This document shows, one piece after another, positions 1 to 9,002 of a stretch of DNA of 24,826 bases (the first letter of the stretch is position 1; each line of letters begins with the position of its first letter). The translations under genes were made by a program, and so were the position numbers. This DNA is from an uncultured Chloroflexia bacterium (lineage in GTDB: Bacteria; Chloroflexota; Limnocylindria; Limnocylindrales; CSP1-4). The stretch is taken from the NCBI GenBank assembly GCA_963720755.1, contig CAVRGP010000009.1:1-24826 (forward strand). Direction: 5' to 3'. The notes below the pieces were generated by a model, which did no database searches, was not told the origin of the DNA, and was given only the letters and a program-made list of their open reading frames with translations.

Positions 1-198
1 GTTGGGATCGTGTTCACACTCAACCTTATGGCTGCGGTGCCTCCATTGGAGGGGATGCGAGAACTCCTGCGGGTCGATGGTCCAATTGGCTTCGCTGGCG
101 CCGCCCTCATGATATGGTTTGCGCTCATCGGTGTGTGGATCCTGGTGTCTGATTCTGGCGCAGTTGAGTCACGACGTAACCCGCCCGAGGTTTGCTGA
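1..198 (+). CDS. 3' end of a membrane protein truncated by the window start (possibly another GT-C-type protein)
   Basis: Frame open from position 1 (VGIVFTLNLMAAVPP...GFAGAALMIWFALIGVWILV) to TGA at 196-198. Hydrophobic TM-like segments. Confidence 0.55.
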   Translation, partial: VGIVFTLNLMAAVPPLEGMRELLRVDGPIGFAGAALMIWFALIGVWILVSDSGAVESRRNPPEVC

Positions 199-1089
199 AT
201 TGGGTGCAGTGCCAGCTCGAACGGTTTGCACAGCCATCGCCATGACAACGATCGGGGCCATGAGCGGCACGGGGAGTGCCAGCGCCGCGGCGACGATCGG
301 CGTCTTCACGGCCACCGGCAACGCCATCGCCACGTAGTAGAACTGGGTCGCCGGCCACACGGCGGGGATCGACAGCCATTCCGCCCCACGCCGTCGCAGG
401 ATCCACAGACCCAGCAGAGTCGGCGGCAGGAGCAGGATCGGGTACCGCCAGGCACTGCCGTTCCACGATGTCCCCAGGTGGCTGCCGATGCCAAGGCCAT
501 CCTGGAGATAGAGCTGCCACGGGACGAGCGGCAGTGTGACGACCAGGACGATCCCGGCGACGACGAGGGACCGCGGATGGAACAGGAGCGGCACGGCCGC
601 GTACAACTTCAACATCACAGCGACCGCCGACGCGGCCGGCCCGCCGAAGACGAGCAGTGCCAGCACGATCGTCTGCGGATTGCCGTTCCAGATGGCATGG
701 GTCAGCGGCGGGAAGGCCAGCCACCACCACGGGACTCCCAGCCGACGGATGAGCCAGACCGATGCGACGAGGCCGATGACCATCCAGATGGCGACCGCGA
801 GCGCCAGCGGCAGGAGATTGGTTGGCACATAGAACAGGAGCGTGTGCGGGCCTGCCGCGTACGGAACGCCGCTCTCGGTAACCGACCATGGATCGCCACC
901 GGCGAGCCAGGCGGCGGTCGCCCGTTGATAGTGGCGGGCATCGATCCCGATGAGATCCGGTCGGGCGATCCAGAGAAGGTCGATGACCAGGAACCAGGCC
1001 GGCAGGCCGATCCGCGACAGGGCGAGCACGAGACCCTGCGCGGCCGACGGGACTCGGAGAGATGCCAGCCACTCACCTGCACGGTTCAC
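169..1089 (-). CDS. GT87/DUF2029-like polytopic membrane glycosyltransferase (GT-C)
   Basis: 306 aa. TM helix followed by D-x3-Y (GIDARHY) and 'WLAGGDPW', then GNPQ and 'LKLY' motifs, with many TM segments. Confidence 0.75.
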   Translation of the reverse strand: MNRAGEWLASLRVPSAAQGLVLALSRIGLPAWFLVIDLLWIARPDLIGIDARHYQRATAAWLAGGDPWSVTESGVPYAAGPHTLLFYVPTNLLPLALAVAIWMVIGLVASVWLIRRLGVPWWWLAFPPLTHAIWNGNPQTIVLALLVFGGPAASAVAVMLKLYAAVPLLFHPRSLVVAGIVLVVTLPLVPWQLYLQDGLGIGSHLGTSWNGSAWRYPILLLPPTLLGLWILRRRGAEWLSIPAVWPATQFYYVAMALPVAVKTPIVAAALALPVPLMAPIVVMAMAVQTVRAGTAPNSANLGRVTS

Positions 1090-1110
1090 CGCGGATCCCG
1101 CGGGACGTCC

Positions 1111-1830
1111 CTACCTCCGACCACGCCGGAGCCTCGCCACGAATGCCAGCCGATACCAATGCAGGTAGTGCGGCAACCATTTGCGGAGCTTGAAGTTGCT
1201 CTCTCCGGCGGTTCGATCGCGCCAGGTCGTCGGGACTTCCGCGACGCGACGTCCATCGATCGTCGCCTTGACGGTCAGTTCCAGCGCCAACTCGAACCCG
1301 GCGGTGCTCTCGATGGTCACCGTATCCAGGAAATCCCGCGAGTAGAGCTTGAAGTTGTTGGTCGGATCGTGGGTCGGGACGCCGGCGAACCAATGCAGGG
1401 TCAGGCCCGCGGTCCGGCTCATCAGCCGCTTCAGCGGTGGCCCGCCGATCTGGTGGCCACCGCGCATGTAGCGTGAGGCGGAGACCACGGCGGCGCCGTC
1501 GCGCGCCAGCGCAACCATCGGATCGACGACGTGCGGCTCGTCCGAGCCATCCGCCATGGAGATGAGGACGTACTTGCCGGTGGAAGCGGCAATTCCCGCC
1601 TTCATCGCGTTCAGAACGCCGCGCCCAAGATCGTTTCGGAGGCCGCGGACCTGCGGCAGCTCCAACGCCAGGCGCTCGATGACCGGGACCGTGGGGTCCT
1701 CGTCAAAGTCATAGACGACGATGACCTCGTGGGGCGCATGAACGGCTGCCGTAAGGGCGCGGATGACCGGCTCGACCACCTCGCCTTCCTTGAAGACCGG
1801 CATGACGATGGACAGTTCGGGCGAGTCCAT
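1111..1830 (-). CDS. GT2 polyprenyl-phosphate sugar synthase (DPM1/Ppm1/ArnC-like)
   Basis: 239 aa. SIVMPVFKE, VVYD, MADGSD (DxD region), ASRY..GG and DPTNNFKLY motifs. Start overlaps the upstream stop (TGATG at 1828-1832). Confidence 0.88.
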   Translation of the reverse strand: MDSPELSIVMPVFKEGEVVEPVIRALTAAVHAPHEVIVVYDFDEDPTVPVIERLALELPQVRGLRNDLGRGVLNAMKAGIAASTGKYVLISMADGSDEPHVVDPMVALARDGAAVVSASRYMRGGHQIGGPPLKRLMSRTAGLTLHWFAGVPTHDPTNNFKLYSRDFLDTVTIESTAGFELALELTVKATIDGRRVAEVPTTWRDRTAGESNFKLRKWLPHYLHWYRLAFVARLRRGRR

Positions 1831-2852
1831 CAGAGGCGGCCGGCCTCCGACTCCGCCTGGATCCAGGGGATGACCTCGTCGAGCATCTGATCCAGGGACG
1901 TCGTGGCTTCGAAACCGAGGACATCGCGCGCCTTGCGAACGTCCGGGACACGGAGCTGGACGTCATGCTCGAACGGCGGATCGCTGACGTATCGGAACGG
2001 AGCGCCATCGGTGCGGGCTTTCGTCCAGATCGTCTCGGCCAGCTCCAGCACCGTCGTCGAGGCGGCGGTCGAGAGGTTGAAATCGTTGTTGAGCGCTGCG
2101 GGCGATTCCATCGCCAGGCGGATCCCGTGGGCGAGATCGCCGCCGTAGGTGTAGTGGCGGACCTGGTCGCCCGACCCGAGGATGTGGAGCGGGTCCTGGC
2201 CCTTGAGCACCTTGACCACGAGGTCGGGCACGACATGGCTGAGGGCGAGCTTCACGTTGCCGCTCATGATGTCCGTGTCGCGGACCGCCCGCCGTTCGCC
2301 GATGCCGACGCAGTTGAACGGGCGGACGATCGTGTACGGCAGCTTGAACTGCTCCCAGGCGCCCTTGGCGAAGTACTCGGACGCAAGCTTCTGGAAGCCG
2401 TAGGTCGAGACGGGCGGCGGCGAGCTGAGCTGGGCGCCTTCCGGTGTCGGGAACGTCGTCGCCGACTCATAGACCATGGAGCTGCTGATGACGACGATCC
2501 GTTCGAGGTGGCCGTCGCGGTGGGCGGCGATCGCACCGTCGAAGGTGGCCGCGAGGATCCGCTCGTTCTCGGCCAGCAGGTCGTAGGCGAACTCGTGGAA
2601 GTAGCTGATCCCGCCGATCATCGCGGCGGCCGCGACGACCTGGTCGCAGTCGGCAGCGAGTTCACGGATGAGCGCGGCGTCCTTGGCATCACCCTCCACG
2701 AACCGATAGCGCGGATGATCGTCGTACGACTTGGTCAGGCGGCCGTATTTGCTGAAGTCGTCGAGCCCGATGACGTCGTGCCCGGCCTCGAGCAGCTCCG
2801 GCACGAGATAGCCATTGATGAACCCGGCGGCGCCGGTGACGAGGATCCTCAT
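1830..2852 (-). CDS. NAD-dependent nucleotide-sugar epimerase/dehydratase/decarboxylase (extended SDR)
   Basis: 340 aa. Rossmann motif TGAAGFING, SSSMVY, catalytic YGFQK, IVRPFNCVG, GSGDQVRHYTY. Confidence 0.92.
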   Translation of the reverse strand: MRILVTGAAGFINGYLVPELLEAGHDVIGLDDFSKYGRLTKSYDDHPRYRFVEGDAKDAALIRELAADCDQVVAAAAMIGGISYFHEFAYDLLAENERILAATFDGAIAAHRDGHLERIVVISSSMVYESATTFPTPEGAQLSSPPPVSTYGFQKLASEYFAKGAWEQFKLPYTIVRPFNCVGIGERRAVRDTDIMSGNVKLALSHVVPDLVVKVLKGQDPLHILGSGDQVRHYTYGGDLAHGIRLAMESPAALNNDFNLSTAASTTVLELAETIWTKARTDGAPFRYVSDPPFEHDVQLRVPDVRKARDVLGFEATTSLDQMLDEVIPWIQAESEAGRL

Positions 2853-2862
2853 CGATCAGCCC

Positions 2863-3804
2863 TCATGAGACGGTTGCGTCGGCGCGGACTGGCACCGTTT
2901 CCAGTGGGCGCGCCGCCACGGTCATGCCCTGTCGTAGCCAGCCCGGGATCGTCCAGAATCGAGCCGACTGCGTGAGGGCCGCCTCAAGCGCGATCCCGAT
3001 CAGGGTGAGACCGGGGACTGGGATGGCCCAGAAGACCGCGATCAGTGGAGACAGCTGAGGGATCGAGCTCGACTTGTACAGAAACTGTGCGTGTGGCCAC
3101 AGCACCGGCACAGAGAGCCACAGACCCCGGCGAATACCCAGGGCTGCGAGCGAGACGATCGCGATGGCCATCAACAACGGCGATCCGAATGTTGAAACGC
3201 CTCCCGTCGCCTGCTTCTCCAGCGTCGCGGCGATCCCGGCGAACTGATCCACGAAGGAGGCCCACGGCAGGATCGGGACGGAGATGACCAGCAGCGCACC
3301 AGCCACGATGAATGCCGACCAGCGGCGCTCAGCCAGCGTCGCGGCCGCCGCATAAGGCTTGATCAATATGGCCACGCCGCTGATCGGACCGCCGATCACG
3401 AGCAGCCACAGGATCGAGATCTCGAGATGCCCGAGAACGATCGCCTGGAAGATCGGCGGGAACACGATCCAGTACCGCGGCAACCCTAGGCGCCGGATGG
3501 TCCAGATCGCCAGAAGCGCCATCCCGATCACCCAGATGGTTCGCGTTGCGAGATCGGGCAGCGCGATGAATGGGACGAAGGGAATGAGCATCGGCGGCGG
3601 ACCGGCGAACACGACCGCCTCCGGACCGGCGGTCCATGGATTGCCCCCGGACAACCATGTCGAGGCAGCCTCGGTATAGACGATCGCGTGCGAGCCGACG
3701 ATGCCCGGCTCGTAGATCGCCACGACGACGCTCCACGCGCTGACGACGGAGAAGACGACGATGAGGAGAAGGTCCCACGGACGATCGCGATAGCCCCGTA
3801 TCAC
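2863..3804 (-). CDS. GT87/DUF2029-like membrane glycosyltransferase; His at the usual Asp position
   Basis: 313 aa. Clear paralog of 169-1089 (WLSGGNPW, IRRLGLP.YW..FPP, IKPY, WLSVPVLWP). GTG start overlaps the dehydrogenase stop (GTGA). Confidence 0.72.
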   Translation of the reverse strand: MIRGYRDRPWDLLLIVVFSVVSAWSVVVAIYEPGIVGSHAIVYTEAASTWLSGGNPWTAGPEAVVFAGPPPMLIPFVPFIALPDLATRTIWVIGMALLAIWTIRRLGLPRYWIVFPPIFQAIVLGHLEISILWLLVIGGPISGVAILIKPYAAAATLAERRWSAFIVAGALLVISVPILPWASFVDQFAGIAATLEKQATGGVSTFGSPLLMAIAIVSLAALGIRRGLWLSVPVLWPHAQFLYKSSSIPQLSPLIAVFWAIPVPGLTLIGIALEAALTQSARFWTIPGWLRQGMTVAARPLETVPVRADATVS

Positions 3805-5006
3805 AATCGGATGCCAGCACCGAGGGCACCCCAGACATCGACCACGTCGCGGCCGCCGATCTCCAGGCTGCGATACGACTTATGGGGCGCGCCGAGGATG
3901 AGGATGTCGCTCTCCTTCAGGACGGACTCGAGGGGGATGAGTCGATCGTCGACGACATACGGATCCGTGCACAAGACGCGTGCGCCGGACCATGACAGGA
4001 GCTTGCGAAGCTTGTAGCTGAGCGACGCGCGAGGATCGTCCGACTCTGACTTGAACGCCATGCCCAGGATGCCGACGGTCTTGCCGCCGAGTCCGCCGTA
4101 GCGACGCTCGAGGGCGCCGACGATGTACGCGGGCAGGCCTTCGTTGACCTGCATCGCCGCCTGGCCAAGCGGGAAGTGATCCGCCGTGAAGGCGGCCAAC
4201 TGCATCGTGTCCTTGAACAGGCACGGGCCCGCGGCGAAGCCGGGGCCGGGAAGGTCCGCCGCCCGAGGGTAGTCCTCGCGAATGGCGCCGAGGACGTTGC
4301 TGTAGTTCACGCCGGCCTGGTCCGCGATCATGAAGAACTGGTTGGCGACCGCGAACTTCATGTAGCGCCAGGTGTTGGTGAAGAGTTTCGCCAACTCGGC
4401 TTCCTTGGTTGTCGTGCGGATCGTCTTGTCAGCCAGGGTGCCGAACAGCTCGGCGGCCCGATCCCCCGCGACGTCCGTGTCCGCGCCGACGATCTGCGGC
4501 AGCGAGTGAAGTTCTTCAAGGGCATGTCCCTCGGCGATCCGCTCCGGGCAGAAGGCGACGTCGACGATGCAGCCACGCTCCTCGAGGTGCTGGGCGACAT
4601 AGCCGGTCGTCCCGGGATAGACCGTGCTGCGGAGCACTACGAGCGCGCCCTCGCGCAGGTGCGGCGCGATCTGGTCGACGGCTTTCTCGAAGATCGTCAT
4701 CGATGGGCCCAGGAATTCGTCGACGGGCGTGCCGATGACGACGACCAGGCGCATCGTCCGGGCGATCATCTCGCCCGTGGAGCCGAACGCGAGCCGCCCG
4801 GCGGGAAGGATCTCCTGGAGGAGTGCGTCGGCGCCCGTCTCGAGGAACGGCATCTGACCGGCCGCGATCCGGTCGAGGGTCGCCTGGTTGGTGTCGTAGA
4901 TGCCGACGGAGAGGCCAGACCGTGCGAACGCGAGGCTCAGTGGCAGGCCGACGTGGCCACCGCCGCCGAGCACGACGACATCAAGATCAGGGGCGGTTTG
5001 GGTCAT
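3801..5006 (-). CDS. UDP-glucose/GDP-mannose dehydrogenase family nucleotide-sugar dehydrogenase (WecC/WbpA-like)
   Basis: 401 aa. GGGGHVGLP, IGTP, LRSTVYPGTT, FCPERIAEG, AELAKLFTN, catalytic Cys in PGPGFAAGPCLFKD, LGMAFKSESDDPRAS. Confidence 0.93.
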   Translation of the reverse strand: MTQTAPDLDVVVLGGGGHVGLPLSLAFARSGLSVGIYDTNQATLDRIAAGQMPFLETGADALLQEILPAGRLAFGSTGEMIARTMRLVVVIGTPVDEFLGPSMTIFEKAVDQIAPHLREGALVVLRSTVYPGTTGYVAQHLEERGCIVDVAFCPERIAEGHALEELHSLPQIVGADTDVAGDRAAELFGTLADKTIRTTTKEAELAKLFTNTWRYMKFAVANQFFMIADQAGVNYSNVLGAIREDYPRAADLPGPGFAAGPCLFKDTMQLAAFTADHFPLGQAAMQVNEGLPAYIVGALERRYGGLGGKTVGILGMAFKSESDDPRASLSYKLRKLLSWSGARVLCTDPYVVDDRLIPLESVLKESDILILGAPHKSYRSLEIGGRDVVDVWGALGAGIRL

Positions 5007-5012
5007 GGCGAG

Positions 5013-5021
5013 ACTCTAGCA
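5013..5021 (-). promoter_or_regulatory. Extended -10 element of a probable leaderless promoter for the dehydrogenase operon
   Basis: Minus strand reads TGc-TAGAGT-ctcgcc-ATG (6-nt spacer), with no Shine-Dalgarno sequence. Confidence 0.6.
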
Positions 5022-5023
5022 GT

Positions 5024-5043
5024 CCGGTGCCGACGGGCACCGG
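5024..5043. promoter_or_regulatory. Palindrome CCGGTGC-N6-GCACCGG, copy 1 (candidate operator or hairpin)
   Basis: ccggtgc cgacgg gcaccgg. The same core occurs at 6532-6549 and 18345-18364. Confidence 0.45.
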
Positions 5044-5081
5044 CCCCTGATGGTCCGGCGGCAGGATGGTACCCGCGGAAC

Positions 5082-6511
5082 TCAGTGAGGCGGGTGAGCG
5101 AAGATGGCGCCATCATCATCGGTATGGACCTCGCGCCAGCCGGCCGCATCGAGACGGGCCGCGAATGACGTCTCTTTCGTCGGGACTATCACGAAGGCGA
5201 CATCCCACTCGTCGAGCTGCGCCTGCCATCCATCGACACCCGCGATCACGCCTTCGTACGCGTCCCAGACCTCCGCCGGGAACATCTCGATCCGGGAGTC
5301 GACTGCGACCGGCAGATCCGGCAGTTCGAATTCGAACCAGGAGCCCCACGGCTGGGGGTTGAAGATGTGATCGCCGGGTCGGGCCATGTCGCGCAGGGCC
5401 GCGGTGATCCCGGGGGGTGCCATGCCGACCACGCCTTCCGGTGCTTCGAGGTCCGGGTCGGTGGGGCGCCAGACGGGCAGCAATGCGACGCCAACGAGGA
5501 CAAGGACCCCCACGACGACGACATTCAAGCGACGCATCAACGGTGTTCCGAGCGGCTCCAACTGAGCGTGATCAGACCGCCGTGACGTGATCAAGAACGC
5601 CGGCGACCGTGGCCGCGGCCCCGAGCGGCCACCAGGCGACCCCTCGAATCGCGTAGACGCCGATGGCGAAGAAGAATCCGAGCCAGGCGAGGGTGGGCCA
5701 TGCCGTCCTCGTCCCTCGCCGTGCCATCAACGCGATCACCGTGACCGCCGAACCGAAGAAGAGCAGGCCGGGCACGTCGTGGAGCGAGGTCGGCTGCCAC
5801 TCGCTGATCCGCGCGGACACGAGGCCATTGGTGGAAAGCCCCAGCGCATAAACCCAGACGGCCGGTCCGAACGGCGTGACGCACGCGGCGGCGACCGAGG
5901 CCAGTGCCACCACCAGGGCAAGATGCGGCCGCGGCACCCGGTCGTGCAGATCTTCCAACCAGGCAAGCCCGAGCACCGCCGGTCCCAGGAAGAAGCTGCC
6001 GTGGATGTTCGCCCAGGCGAGGACGATGATCGGGATCGCCCACAGGCGCCCGGGATGGGCTCGCCGGTCCGTGACCAGCACGAGGACGACGGCGAACAAG
6101 CGCCATGCCGATGAGCTGGGGTCGGAGCCCGAGCGCGACGGCCGAGACGACGAAGGCCGCGAGCGACAGCAATGCCGCATCCCTGGCGATGAGCCCTCGC
6201 CGGCGACCGATCAGGTAGAGGCAACCGAAGATCAGGCCGGTCAGGGCCGCCCGGAACAGGACCAGCCCCGTCCACGAGCCGAGCTGGAAGACGGCGGCAA
6301 GGATGACCTGGGCACCCCATTGCTGGTCGGTCCAGGGCGCGCCGTAGACCGTGAAGGTCCAGGTATCGGTCGTGGGCAGACCGCCGCCGGCCAGCATCGA
6401 GGCGCCGGCCCGGAGGTGATAGGTCAGGTCCACGCTGGGCAGATTCGCGATGACCGCGCCGAGCGCGGGGAGCCCGATGGCGAGGAACGCCCAGAGTCTT
6501 GGCAGTGTCAC
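5082..6511 (-). pseudogene. GT-C-like membrane protein with extracytoplasmic C-terminal domain; two frameshifts (real or sequencing error); about 475 aa when repaired
   Basis: Three ORF-track pieces (5591-6511, 5572-6180, 5082-5594) join colinearly with the intact paralog 10909-12462: DLTYHLRAG, WTFT, LRPQL, WANIHG, ISEWQP, FNPQPWGSW. Shifts at about 6098 and 5593. Confidence 0.75.
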
Positions 6512-6517
6512 CCGCCG

Positions 6518-6523
6518 ATCCTA
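6518..6523 (-). promoter_or_regulatory. -10 element of a probable leaderless promoter
   Basis: Minus strand reads TAGGAT-cggcgg-GTG (start 6511). Confidence 0.55.
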
Positions 6524-6531
6524 ACGAGCGG

Positions 6532-6549
6532 CGGTGCCAACCCGCACCG
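6532..6549. promoter_or_regulatory. Palindrome CGGTGC-N6-GCACCG, copy 2
   Basis: cggtgc caaccc gcaccg, plus an extra CCGGTGC half-site at 6561-6567. Confidence 0.45.
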
Positions 6550-6571
6550 GGTCATTGGTACCGGTGCCCGG

Positions 6572-7771
6572 TCAGACCGCCGCGGCGACCTCTGAGGGAC
6601 GCACGGCACGCGCGCCTTCGTCGTAGATCGATGCGACCGAGTTCACCATCAGCTCGATGCAGAAGCGGTCGTGGACGAGGTCGTGGCCGGCGCGGCCGAG
6701 CATGTCCGCGTAGGAGTGATCGGTCAGGAGGCGGACGATCGCCGTGGTGAGTGCTTCGGCGTCGTGGGGCGGCACGAGGATCCCGGTGACGCCGTCCTCG
6801 ACCATCTCCGGGATACCACCGACGTTGGACGCGACGACCGGGCGCGACAGGGCCATGGCCTCGAGGATCGTCAGCCCCTGGGCCTCGCGATAGGAGGGCA
6901 GGACGGCGACATCGAGTGCTGCCGTCACCGCCGGCACGTCGTCACGGCGACCGGTGAACACGACGCGGTGGGCGACCCGCAGCTCCCGCGCCTGTGCCTC
7001 GAGGGCATCGCGCCGGCTCCCCTCGCCGACGATCAGCAGGTACACGTCCGGGACCGCCCGGACGATGGCCGGCCAGGCCTCGAGCAGGGTCGGGTGCCCT
7101 TTTTCGGGCTCCAGCCGAGCCACCACGCCGACGATCTGCGAGCCGGGCTCCATCCCGTACTCCTCGGGCAGCGTGCAGCACGGTTCCTGGTGGTCGTAGC
7201 GCTGGAGGTCCACGCCGTTGTAGATGAGGCTCATCGGGACGATGTCCCGGCCTTCGGCGATGAGCTTGGCCTCGCTCGCCTTCGAGACCGCGATCAGATG
7301 GTCGAACTGGGGGGTGAGCTCGAGCAGGGCGTGACGGTCCTCGTCGGAGCGGACCCGGCTCGAATGGGCGGTGGCCACGAGGTACGGCCGCCGCTGGCCG
7401 GCTTCCACGAGCGACATGACCGCTCGGGCCGCCACCGTCTCCGCGCGGAACATGTGGGCGTGGACGACATCGGCCCGGACTTCGGCCAGGTGGGCCGCGA
7501 GCGCGCCGACCGCGATCGAGTCATCCGGGGAGTCGATGACGAGGACCTCGACGCCCGCGCGCTGGAGCTTGCGCACGGCGCTGCCGGCGGACAGCGAGAC
7601 CACGGATACGTCGTAGCGCGATGGGTCGAGCCGGCTGACGAGCGACATCAGGTGTTCCTGGGCGCCGCCGTTTGTGCCGGTCGCCAGCACTTCGACCACG
7701 CGGATCCGGCTGGACACGGCCGGCCGGTCAAGCACCTCGAGGCACGACTCCCAGGGCAGCGGAGCACTCAT
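6572..7771 (-). CDS. GT4 family glycosyltransferase (GT-B)
   Basis: 399 aa from ATG 7771, just after the GNAT stop, with a GAAGGA RBS-like sequence. GGAQEH, VHAH, IYNGVD, VARLEPEKGH and the EX7E motif EAQGLTILEAMA, followed by VGGIPE. Confidence 0.93.
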   Translation of the reverse strand: MSAPLPWESCLEVLDRPAVSSRIRVVEVLATGTNGGAQEHLMSLVSRLDPSRYDVSVVSLSAGSAVRKLQRAGVEVLVIDSPDDSIAVGALAAHLAEVRADVVHAHMFRAETVAARAVMSLVEAGQRRPYLVATAHSSRVRSDEDRHALLELTPQFDHLIAVSKASEAKLIAEGRDIVPMSLIYNGVDLQRYDHQEPCCTLPEEYGMEPGSQIVGVVARLEPEKGHPTLLEAWPAIVRAVPDVYLLIVGEGSRRDALEAQARELRVAHRVVFTGRRDDVPAVTAALDVAVLPSYREAQGLTILEAMALSRPVVASNVGGIPEMVEDGVTGILVPPHDAEALTTAIVRLLTDHSYADMLGRAGHDLVHDRFCIELMVNSVASIYDEGARAVRPSEVAAAV

Positions 7772-7772
7772 C

Positions 7773-8987
7773 TCAACCGTTCCTTCGTCGGACCAGCAGG
7801 CGTTGGATGGGTTCATCCACGGCGCCCCACTCGTACTTGTACGGCTCGTCGCCACGAAGGAAGTCGAGCTGGCGGGTCCCGGACGCGATCGCCCGGGCAA
7901 CGTAGGCGTGGACCATGACGACACCCGGCGAGAGCTCGCGGGCATCGGGATCCACGCCCGCGTTGTAGTAGAGGCACCGATCGCCCGCATCGAAATGGAT
8001 CCCTGCCGCGATCCGCCGGCCACCGACCGTGAGGAACGTCAACCGCAGCGGACCGTCGGCCCCAGACAGCTCGAACAGGCGTCGGAAGAGTCGGCGACTC
8101 TGGGCGCCACCGTCGGTGTCCGGGAACAGGCCGTCGGCGCCCCAGCGCTTCTGGTGGAGGTCGATGAACGCGTCGAGGTCGGCCAGCGGGTCGATGGCGT
8201 CATCGAGCCGGACCTCGCCGACGGCTTCCGCTCGTCGGACCTTGCGCCGGATCTCGTGTCGCTCCTTCTTGCCGAGCGTCGCGAGGTAGCCATCCATGTC
8301 CGTGTCGCCCGGCAACGTGACGACGGGGCAGACATCCTCGCGCTCCACGTTGAGCGTCCAGCCTTCCGCGATCTCGCGCGCCCCGAACGCCGCTGCCAGC
8401 GCCTCCGCCGCTGGATCGCCGCAGCGAAGTCGACGGAGATCCACGACATCCCATAGGTGCCGGTCCATCTCGGCGACGTGGTCGGCCAGTGCATCGGCGA
8501 CGGCCGGCAGGTCGGTGGGGGCCGCCAGGATCGTGGCGTAATCGGCGTGGTAGGAGGCGCCGAAGAAGAGCGCGGTCGCGCCCGGTGCGACGTGCGTCAG
8601 TTCGACCTCGGCGCCGTGGCGCATCGTCGTGTGGGTGCGCGCGTCGTCCGGCTCCACCTCGTGGCGGTGCATGAGCGGGACGATCGCGACAGGCTCGGTG
8701 CCGGCGGGTGCGTCGGCCGGGACGAAGACCAGGGTCTCGTCGGAGACGTTCTCTCCGTACGCATCCCACCAGGCGCGCTGGAAGGCCCAACCGGAAAACG
8801 GGGTCGCCCAGGGGTTGCGGGCGGCGAGCGCATCCCACGTCTCGCGGGGGATGTCGTCGATGGATCGTCGCTCGGCACGGAGGGGAGTGTCGGAAGGCAG
8901 TGTTCCCGAGTCGCGCGACGGGGGGAGATCGGGACTATGGTCAGGGCCTGGACATGCAGGCTCCACTGACAGGGTCGTGGAGGTCAC
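7773..8987 (-). CDS. GNAT family acyltransferase, CelD/BcsL-like (Acetyltransf_6)
   Basis: 404 aa. WDAL..TPF..W..WW, ADY, LGKKERHEIRRKVRR, LHQKRW, YYNAG.D...LSPG, DFLRGDEPYKYEWG. Confidence 0.85.
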   Translation of the reverse strand: MTSTTLSVEPACPGPDHSPDLPPSRDSGTLPSDTPLRAERRSIDDIPRETWDALAARNPWATPFSGWAFQRAWWDAYGENVSDETLVFVPADAPAGTEPVAIVPLMHRHEVEPDDARTHTTMRHGAEVELTHVAPGATALFFGASYHADYATILAAPTDLPAVADALADHVAEMDRHLWDVVDLRRLRCGDPAAEALAAAFGAREIAEGWTLNVEREDVCPVVTLPGDTDMDGYLATLGKKERHEIRRKVRRAEAVGEVRLDDAIDPLADLDAFIDLHQKRWGADGLFPDTDGGAQSRRLFRRLFELSGADGPLRLTFLTVGGRRIAAGIHFDAGDRCLYYNAGVDPDARELSPGVVMVHAYVARAIASGTRQLDFLRGDEPYKYEWGAVDEPIQRLLVRRRNG

Positions 8988-8993
8988 GTCCGG

Positions 8994-9002
8994 ATGCTAG
9001 CA
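8994..9002 (-). promoter_or_regulatory. Extended -10 element of a probable leaderless promoter for GNAT-GT4
   Basis: Minus strand reads cggTGc-TAGCAT-ccggac-GTG (start 8987). Confidence 0.6.

Noticed and set aside
1088-1104. CCGCGG-ATC-CCGCGG hairpin as a terminator
   Set aside because: No U-tract, GC-only stem, and it lies in a 21-nt gap inside an apparent operon.
3801-5006. Assigning symbols wecC/ugd, arnA/arnC/arnT, pimE or waaL
   Set aside because: The motifs support family membership only. Orthology and substrates cannot be established by eye.
7772-8023. N-terminal extensions in the ORF track (also 14505-14669, 15593-15850, 16396-16584, 17300-17713, 21167-21616)
   Set aside because: They overlap neighbouring genes. 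Better starts exist at stop/start overlaps or after -10 boxes.
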